From NCBI GenBank assembly GCA_036565605.1, contig DATCXV010000009.1, forward strand, positions 4,977-68,976: a DNA stretch of 64,000 bases, read 5' to 3'. The notes beneath the pieces were generated by a model. The model had not been told where the DNA came from. It saw nothing but the letters and a program-made list of their open reading frames with translations, and made no database searches. Source of the DNA: Minisyncoccota bacterium. GTDB lineage: Bacteria > Patescibacteriota > Minisyncoccia > Phycocordibacterales > UBA6065. Positions within the stretch are counted from its first letter, which is position 1. Every line of letters starts with the position of its first letter. Below are positions 58,195 to 64,000 of the stretch, piece after piece. The translations under genes and the position numbers were made by a program.

Positions 58195-59967
58195 CTATCT
58201 TTTCGATTTGGTTAAATGTTCAAGCTGTTCGATATTCTTCTCGATCTGCTTAAGTCCTTCTTGCCAGAACGATGGTTTGGTCACATCGATGCCGATCGAT
58301 TTAAAAATATCTTCCGGCGAGGCACTTGAACCGGCACGCAGGAATTTTTCGATCTCAGTCAAAAAGGCTTTGTCCTTCTTATATCTCGCATACAGAGCGC
58401 TCGAGATCAATTGGCCGAACGCGTATGAATAAACATAGAAGAATTGACGAATATGAGACCAATAGACAAAGAAGTTGCCGTCTTCAGGGCGCATTTCAAC
58501 AGCGGGTCCCAAGTATGCGGCCATGTGCTTGTTCATCAAGGAAGCGATTTCCGCGCTCGACAAACCACCCTTGGCCCGCAGAATCTCGTGGAATTCCGTT
58601 TCGAAATTGAAGCACGCAACCTGACGGAAAATAGTCGAGATGTCATCATTCAGTCGCTTATGCAAAGCGACAATCTTTTCATCGTCAGAGAGTGTCTCGA
58701 AAACTGCGTCAAAGACGAAAGACTCAAATAAGGTCGATGCGACTTCAGCCGCCGCAATAGAATAGCCCTGATACAACGGAGTCTGGGATTCAGTCGCCAA
58801 GTCGGTATGGATGGCATGACCCATTTCATGTGCCAGAGTCATTGTCTCGGAAAAAGAATCGGTGTGGTTCAACAGTACGAAAGTCGGTGCGTTCACATTA
58901 GGTGCACAGTATGCCCCGCCAGTTTTACCCACCTTCGGGAAGACGTCGATCTGACCATTTTTAAGATATGAGTCCAAAATCTCGCGGAATCGTGGATGTA
59001 CCGATCCAAAAACATCACGAACTGTCTTTAACGCCTCGGGAAACGGCACGGCTTTAACATTCTTTCCAATACCAACCTGACGGTCCGGATAACGAAGCTT
59101 CTGAAGACCCAGTAATTTCGCTTTGAGTTTGTAGAAGCGATGACTTATGGGAAAAGCCTTGGTCACCGCATCAATCAGAGCCAGCACGCTTTTACGATCA
59201 TTCTGATAAGACAGTATGGTTGCGTCATAGGCTTTATCAAATCCTCGGAGACCATCATTAATTTTCTTGTCGGTGCCGATGGCATTCAGCTCCGCTTCAG
59301 CAATATCACTAAATTCAGCGAACTTCTTCATTACTCGCTCATGCAATTCATAACGATCAGGCAACGGCAGATCTGCGATTGTCGAAACCGCTTTCGGCAA
59401 CGGTAGTTGTTCAGCCCTCCATTCAATAGTCGCATTACCTAATACTTTTTCGGTAAGATTTCGCCAATGGCTATAAGCTGGGATCGCCTTCAGGCCCAGA
59501 ATTTTCTCTTCAGGTTCGGAAAGATCGTGCTTAGCACGGCGGAAAACGTTATGCAGATAGTATCGGAAATGTGCTAGCTTTTTCGAAGCTAAAAATTTCT
59601 TCTGAAGCGGCGCAGGAATCTTGGCAAGCGACAATTCGAAAAAGACGATCTTGTGCTCGTTCTTAGCAAAGCGTTCCAATAACTGGTTATATGTGGCTCG
59701 AGCAATATCGTCTTTGGCGTTCAGATCCTGAGCGAAGCTGAAATAAGAGATCGGTGCGGTGATACGTAGTTTTTTGAAAAGACCCTCAAAATCATTTAGA
59801 GCCTCAAAAAGCTTTGCTTCTTTTTTCAGATAATCCGTCTTTCCTTTCCACTTCTTTTCAAACTTCGAATATGCAGCCTCGATAGCCCTCACATCTTTTT
59901 CGATCTGCGGATCAGTGTGGCTCTTATATAGAAGGTTCAGATTCCAGGAAGTTTTTATATCTTTCAT
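58195..59967 (-). CDS. pepF: M3-family oligoendopeptidase F
   Basis: GK.GGAYC, TLAHEMGHAIH, AEVAS, FYVYSYAFG. Confidence 0.92.
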   Translation of the reverse strand: MKDIKTSWNLNLLYKSHTDPQIEKDVRAIEAAYSKFEKKWKGKTDYLKKEAKLFEALNDFEGLFKKLRITAPISYFSFAQDLNAKDDIARATYNQLLERFAKNEHKIVFFELSLAKIPAPLQKKFLASKKLAHFRYYLHNVFRRAKHDLSEPEEKILGLKAIPAYSHWRNLTEKVLGNATIEWRAEQLPLPKAVSTIADLPLPDRYELHERVMKKFAEFSDIAEAELNAIGTDKKINDGLRGFDKAYDATILSYQNDRKSVLALIDAVTKAFPISHRFYKLKAKLLGLQKLRYPDRQVGIGKNVKAVPFPEALKTVRDVFGSVHPRFREILDSYLKNGQIDVFPKVGKTGGAYCAPNVNAPTFVLLNHTDSFSETMTLAHEMGHAIHTDLATESQTPLYQGYSIAAAEVASTLFESFVFDAVFETLSDDEKIVALHKRLNDDISTIFRQVACFNFETEFHEILRAKGGLSSAEIASLMNKHMAAYLGPAVEMRPEDGNFFVYWSHIRQFFYVYSYAFGQLISSALYARYKKDKAFLTEIEKFLRAGSSASPEDIFKSIGIDVTKPSFWQEGLKQIEKNIEQLEHLTKSKR

Positions 59968-60564
59968 CTATTTGTATTTTTCCAATGCTTTGAAGTCTTC
60001 CAACAATACCTGACGCATGCCGCCGTTGTACAGAGCAACAGCCGGATGATACAAAGCGACGATCGTAAATGTTCCCCAGGGCGCGGTCGCTTTGAATTCT
60101 TTGCCGTGAATTTTCGAGACGGTCTGTAGCTTGTCTGTTAAGCCGTATTTTTCGAACAAATATTTCATCGAATGGCGACCCAAGGTGGCGATCACCTTTG
60201 GTTTCATAATTTCGATCTGGCGCTCTAAAAAGGGGCCGTATAATTGGATTTCATCCGGAGACGGATCACGGTTTTCTGGCGGACGATCTTTGACCAAGTT
60301 TGTCACATACACTTTTGTACGATCCATCTTTATAGAAGCAAGCATTTCGTCAAGAAATCGTCCCGACGCGCCGCAAAACGGTTTGCCTTTCTTGGCCTCA
60401 TTTTGGCCTGGTGCTTCGCCAACAAACATCAGATGCGCATCATGCGCACCCTCGCCAATAACCGGAAAATAATTGTTTTCAGTGCGGTATGCATAAAGTG
60501 ACGAGTTTTTCAGAGCGAATATTTCGTCTCGAATTTCACGCATCGCCTCGGTGTTGACTGTCAT
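59968..60564 (-). CDS. Uracil-DNA glycosylase family 4
   Basis: GEAPG..E...G.PF.G.SG, TN.VK.RPP.NRDP, YHPA. Confidence 0.92.
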   Translation of the reverse strand: MTVNTEAMREIRDEIFALKNSSLYAYRTENNYFPVIGEGAHDAHLMFVGEAPGQNEAKKGKPFCGASGRFLDEMLASIKMDRTKVYVTNLVKDRPPENRDPSPDEIQLYGPFLERQIEIMKPKVIATLGRHSMKYLFEKYGLTDKLQTVSKIHGKEFKATAPWGTFTIVALYHPAVALYNGGMRQVLLEDFKALEKYK

Positions 60565-60594
60565 GGGCTGAGTATAACAAAGAAAAAAGCACCC

Positions 60595-60834
60595 TTACGG
60601 ATGGGTGCTTGCATAGGCAGCAGCTTCGCCGCTTTCAGCGAAACGAAACAAGCGATCATTGCGAGCTTCGCGGGTTTCAGCGGGTTTAGCGGCCAAGGCC
60701 AGAAACAACTGACGCAGATTTCGCCGGCGATCGGTGAAATCTTGTTTCTGATAATCCGGTAGATTTTGTATTGAAAGCACGCGCTGACACTCAGCGAGGC
60801 CGATCAAAATTCGGCAGTATGTGAATGGGTTCAT
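60595..60834 (-). CDS. Hypothetical protein
   Basis: 79-aa ORF ending in terminator ~60583-60610. Confidence 0.5.
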   Translation of the reverse strand: MNPFTYCRILIGLAECQRVLSIQNLPDYQKQDFTDRRRNLRQLFLALAAKPAETREARNDRLFRFAESGEAAAYASTHP

Positions 60835-60923
60835 GGAGTTCGTGGATTCCTAACTCCATTGTCCCTCTGTGCACTGCAGGATGCCAGAGAGTTATGCACA
60901 ACCTCGCTACTGTTTTAGTATTT

Positions 60924-61211
60924 CTAAAGTGTCACCCCTTCAGCGCGCAGAAGCGCAATTTTAGCTGCACTTCCCTGCTTACCACCACGAATACCGTTAT
61001 AGCCACCAATTTTTCCATCGGCACGAACAACGCGATGACATGGTACCGACGTATCTACGTTGTTAGCCATAATCATACCCACCGCCCTCGATGCGTTCGG
61101 AGAACCGGCACGCTTGGCAACCTCGCCATATGAAAGAGTCTTGCCCATTGGAATATCACGGACAACTTTTAATACTATTTCTTTAAAGGAGGCTTTTTGT
61201 AGAGTTTTCAT
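60924..61211 (-). CDS. Methylated-DNA--protein-cysteine methyltransferase (single domain)
   Basis: IP.G...SYG.VA, RAVG, VPCHRVV, K..LL..EG. Confidence 0.92.
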   Translation of the reverse strand: MKTLQKASFKEIVLKVVRDIPMGKTLSYGEVAKRAGSPNASRAVGMIMANNVDTSVPCHRVVRADGKIGGYNGIRGGKQGSAAKIALLRAEGVTL

Positions 61212-62019
61212 CGCCGTTTTTCTTACCCACTGATTTTTTCATGAATGGGGCCTGGACTTCAAGCGCCAATTTGCGGTAATTGCAGTATTCACACATATCG
61301 CCTGGCTTGGGCAATTCACCGCCTTCAAGACAATCTTGTGCGCGCATAATGGCATCTTCTACCCACGAATCATCACCCGTGTACGGAATAAGTGTCACTT
61401 CGAAATCAAGACGGCCGTCGAAGGCCTTGCGATCACGCAGACCATTGGCATACACAAAATATCCAGTATCCGAAACCTGGAAGCCTTTGTGACGCAAAAG
61501 CCACTGATACACCTCCATTTGGCGTTTGTAACCGTCTTGCCATTCAGCGTCAAGGGAAACTTTCTCACCTTCGCTCTTGGACGTGGATTTATAATCGACC
61601 ACAATAAGCTCTCCTTTTGGATTGACCCAGATATCATCAACGGCTCCAGAAATAGTGAGACCGGATTTTGGATGGACGTATTGGATTCCTTCAAAAACCT
61701 CGCGCCAGGTATCAATATCTTTGTGTACGAATGGAATTGCATCGACACCGTACTGCTTCATCAGCGGATGCGCTGATGCCGCTGCGCGATGGATGTCGAA
61801 TTCCTTTTTAAGGAGTGCGTCAACAGCAGAGTTCAGATTGAACGGAAAGCCTTTCGGACGCGCAACTCCTAGTCGGTTATCAACATAGAAGCAACGCGGA
61901 CATTCTATGAAAAGATCCAGTTTTGAACGCGACAACTTCCATTTTGGGCCGCCATAATTATAATCCGCACTGCGTACGGGTTTTGGACCGAATGAAAATT
62001 TTTTCGCGTCTTTAGGCAT
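61183..62019 (-). CDS. PD-(D/E)XK nuclease, RecB/AddB/Cas4-like
   Basis: LS.S.L..F.ECPRCF, GAVDD, VDYK, Q..VY, CEYC. Confidence 0.88.
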   Translation of the reverse strand: MPKDAKKFSFGPKPVRSADYNYGGPKWKLSRSKLDLFIECPRCFYVDNRLGVARPKGFPFNLNSAVDALLKKEFDIHRAAASAHPLMKQYGVDAIPFVHKDIDTWREVFEGIQYVHPKSGLTISGAVDDIWVNPKGELIVVDYKSTSKSEGEKVSLDAEWQDGYKRQMEVYQWLLRHKGFQVSDTGYFVYANGLRDRKAFDGRLDFEVTLIPYTGDDSWVEDAIMRAQDCLEGGELPKPGDMCEYCNYRKLALEVQAPFMKKSVGKKNGDENSTKSLL

Positions 62020-62024
62020 ATTTC

Positions 62025-62849
62025 TTATATAACACCACCACAGATATGACGAATCTCTTCTTGGGTCTCGCTTTTCAAGCCTGGCAGACCGATTAATTGT
62101 TTACACAAGATCAGACCTTGGTCCAAGAAGGCGTGCTTTTCAGCTTGCGAAAGTGTGGTAAGGGCGGTCAAAGGGTGCAGGTGCGCCTGTGCGATCATGT
62201 CTTCTAAATTCCCCTTACGCGGATAATTCCAACCAACAAGCGAAAGCTCCTGGCATTCAGCGTATTGAATTGCACGATCGCTGAATTTGGTATTGGTAAA
62301 TAACTGCCACGAAGAAAGCTTTCGCGTTTTGCCACCATAGACGAATTCGCCGTTCTTCAAATCATCGAAGCGTGCCTTTACATACAGCGCAACTTTCGAA
62401 TCTGATTTCATTCCCTGCTCATTATGAAACTTTGCTTCGACCATGATCAATTCATTTCCACGCCAAGCAACCACATCGACTTCGTGTTCAATACAGTGAC
62501 CTTGGACAATCTGATCTGTGACAGCCTCATAGCCTTGTGCCTTAAAAATCTCGGCAATAAATTTTTCGAACGGAAAACCGTTTGGACCAAGTTCGGCTAC
62601 CGCACGCTTCATGGAATAACGCGCAGCAACCGGACGGGATGCGTGGCGTAAAAGTGAGAAAGCATGGCGGTAAATATCACCGGTCGACATACCAGACACC
62701 ATTTCGCTTTCAACATGAGAAAGTACGTTGTTCGCCTGTTCATCGCCCGCACCCGCTCTTTTCAAAGACGAAACGAGCTTCTTGGGATCAAAGGGCTCTT
62801 GTTCGCCCGTAGACTTGGTAATGAGAAATGGTTTCGACAAGGGATTCAT
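62025..62849 (-). CDS. ATP-cone + Mrr-like restriction endonuclease domain protein
   Basis: ITK..GE.EPFD..KL..SL ATP-cone; G..FE, EVDV, VEAK. Confidence 0.85.
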   Translation of the reverse strand: MNPLSKPFLITKSTGEQEPFDPKKLVSSLKRAGAGDEQANNVLSHVESEMVSGMSTGDIYRHAFSLLRHASRPVAARYSMKRAVAELGPNGFPFEKFIAEIFKAQGYEAVTDQIVQGHCIEHEVDVVAWRGNELIMVEAKFHNEQGMKSDSKVALYVKARFDDLKNGEFVYGGKTRKLSSWQLFTNTKFSDRAIQYAECQELSLVGWNYPRKGNLEDMIAQAHLHPLTALTTLSQAEKHAFLDQGLILCKQLIGLPGLKSETQEEIRHICGGVI

Positions 62850-62856
62850 GCTCCTA

Positions 62857-63954
62857 TTATAGAACAATCCCGCCGCCCAGGCATTCGTCACCGCTGTAAA
62901 CCACAATTGACTGTCCTGCCGCAATTAATAACGGCTGTTTGAAACCAATCTCCGCCTCCTTCGGTCCGACCGGCTCGACATTACATTCCAAAAGCTCGCC
63001 CAAGTGGCGAATACGGGCAGTATATGTTTTATTCGGCTGTGGCTCGTTGGAAATCCAATTTACCGACGAAAGCGAATACTCGCGCTTTTCGATATCAAGT
63101 AATCCGTCAGCTGTACGGTGTGAGACTGTGACAGTATTCTTGTTGATATCGCGCGCAACAACATAATACGGAGCATCGTCAGGAGACTTTCCGGTCACAG
63201 TAAAACCACGTCGTTCACCCAAGGTTAAAAAGATCGCGCCATCATGTTGGCCAATGGTTTCACCCGCCTCGTTCAGGACATTACCAGGTATGCGATCAAC
63301 ATAATGCGACAGAAATTCTTTCACATCGACCTTACCAATAAAACAAATGCCTTGGCTATCGCGCTTTTCGGCTGTTGGTAATCCGAATTTTTTTGCCAAT
63401 TTCCTTGTTTCGCTTTTCGGTAAATCTCCTACAGGGAATATTGTTCGCTCAAGTTGGCGCTTGGTAAGCGTCCACAAAAAATATGACTGGTCTTTCCCTG
63501 CATCGACTCCTGAAAAAAGCTTTCCGTCTTCGATTCGCGCATAATGTCCTGTCGCAACAAAGACTTCTTCACCTGGCTTCGCTTGCTTCATCGCCCAATC
63601 AAAAAAAGCACCGAACTTAACCTCCTTGTTACACATGACATCAGGATTCGGTGTACGACCAGCCTTGTATTCGGCTATCATGTAATCGACTACACCACGC
63701 TTGTACTCTTCTTCCAGATCAAGTGTTACAAAAGGGATGCCCAGATGCACAGCTACACGCATGGCATCCAACCGATCTTCGCGCGAAGAACACTCCATCC
63801 AGTCTGGTTGCCAGACTTTAATAAAGACACCGATAACGGTATATCCAGCTTCTTTAAGCAAGGCAGCCGAAACAGACGAATCAACACCACCGGACATGCC
63901 GACATAGACACGAGTGCCCTTTGCTGGTGTTATTTGACGCTTCACATAATGCAT
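62857..63954 (-). CDS. mnmA: tRNA 2-thiouridylase MnmA
   Basis: MSGGVDSSV, TPNPDV.CN, ATGHYAR, KDQSYFL, DSQGICF. Confidence 0.98.
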   Translation of the reverse strand: MHYVKRQITPAKGTRVYVGMSGGVDSSVSAALLKEAGYTVIGVFIKVWQPDWMECSSREDRLDAMRVAVHLGIPFVTLDLEEEYKRGVVDYMIAEYKAGRTPNPDVMCNKEVKFGAFFDWAMKQAKPGEEVFVATGHYARIEDGKLFSGVDAGKDQSYFLWTLTKRQLERTIFPVGDLPKSETRKLAKKFGLPTAEKRDSQGICFIGKVDVKEFLSHYVDRIPGNVLNEAGETIGQHDGAIFLTLGERRGFTVTGKSPDDAPYYVVARDINKNTVTVSHRTADGLLDIEKREYSLSSVNWISNEPQPNKTYTARIRHLGELLECNVEPVGPKEAEIGFKQPLLIAAGQSIVVYSGDECLGGGIVL

Positions 63955-64000
63955 GATATCACTTGGGACAGAAACCTCAACTCAGCCACCCTGTTCTATG

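Noticed and set aside
61183-62019. Cas4-like nuclease as evidence of CRISPR-Cas
   Set aside because: No repeat-spacer array or other cas genes in the window

Overview
A 64-kb chromosomal segment of a small-genome bacterium, most likely Patescibacteria/CPR (Parcubacteria-like). This is inferred from the split transketolase, short AspRS/AlaRS/L13/GrpE, many type IV pilin-like genes, an FtsA-like + baseplate-J-like pair and a single Xer; the code is standard. It is mostly housekeeping: gap 3' end, rpiB-rpe-tktN-tktC, recR, dnaB, six aminoacyl-tRNA synthetases, murG/ftsW, scpAB, grpE-dnaK-dnaJ, infA-rpmJ-rpsMKD-rpoA-rplQ-rplM-rpsI and mnmA. Gene orientation converges near 18.7 kb, next to a Xer gene with a dif-like site (probable terminus). 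I found no rRNA, tRNA, CRISPR array or transposase. Best leads, all unverified: (1) an EamA exporter / Cys-rich exported protein / class-I-LysRS-like enzyme / 7TM histidine kinase operon, a candidate signal synthase-exporter-sensor system; (2) a 100-aa ORF ending PPRAPAIA whose stop can pair with the dnaK initiation region, a candidate arrest-peptide sensor; (3) a DUF3800 gene facing a separately promoted small RNA; (4) a leader-peptide attenuator before tandem ABC exporters; (5) a short T-box before aspS; (6) a 500-bp insertion that replaced the gap 3' end; (7) a rod-shaped ncRNA upstream of ftsW; (8) pervasive leaderless promoters. Family calls come from motif recognition only; no searches were run.
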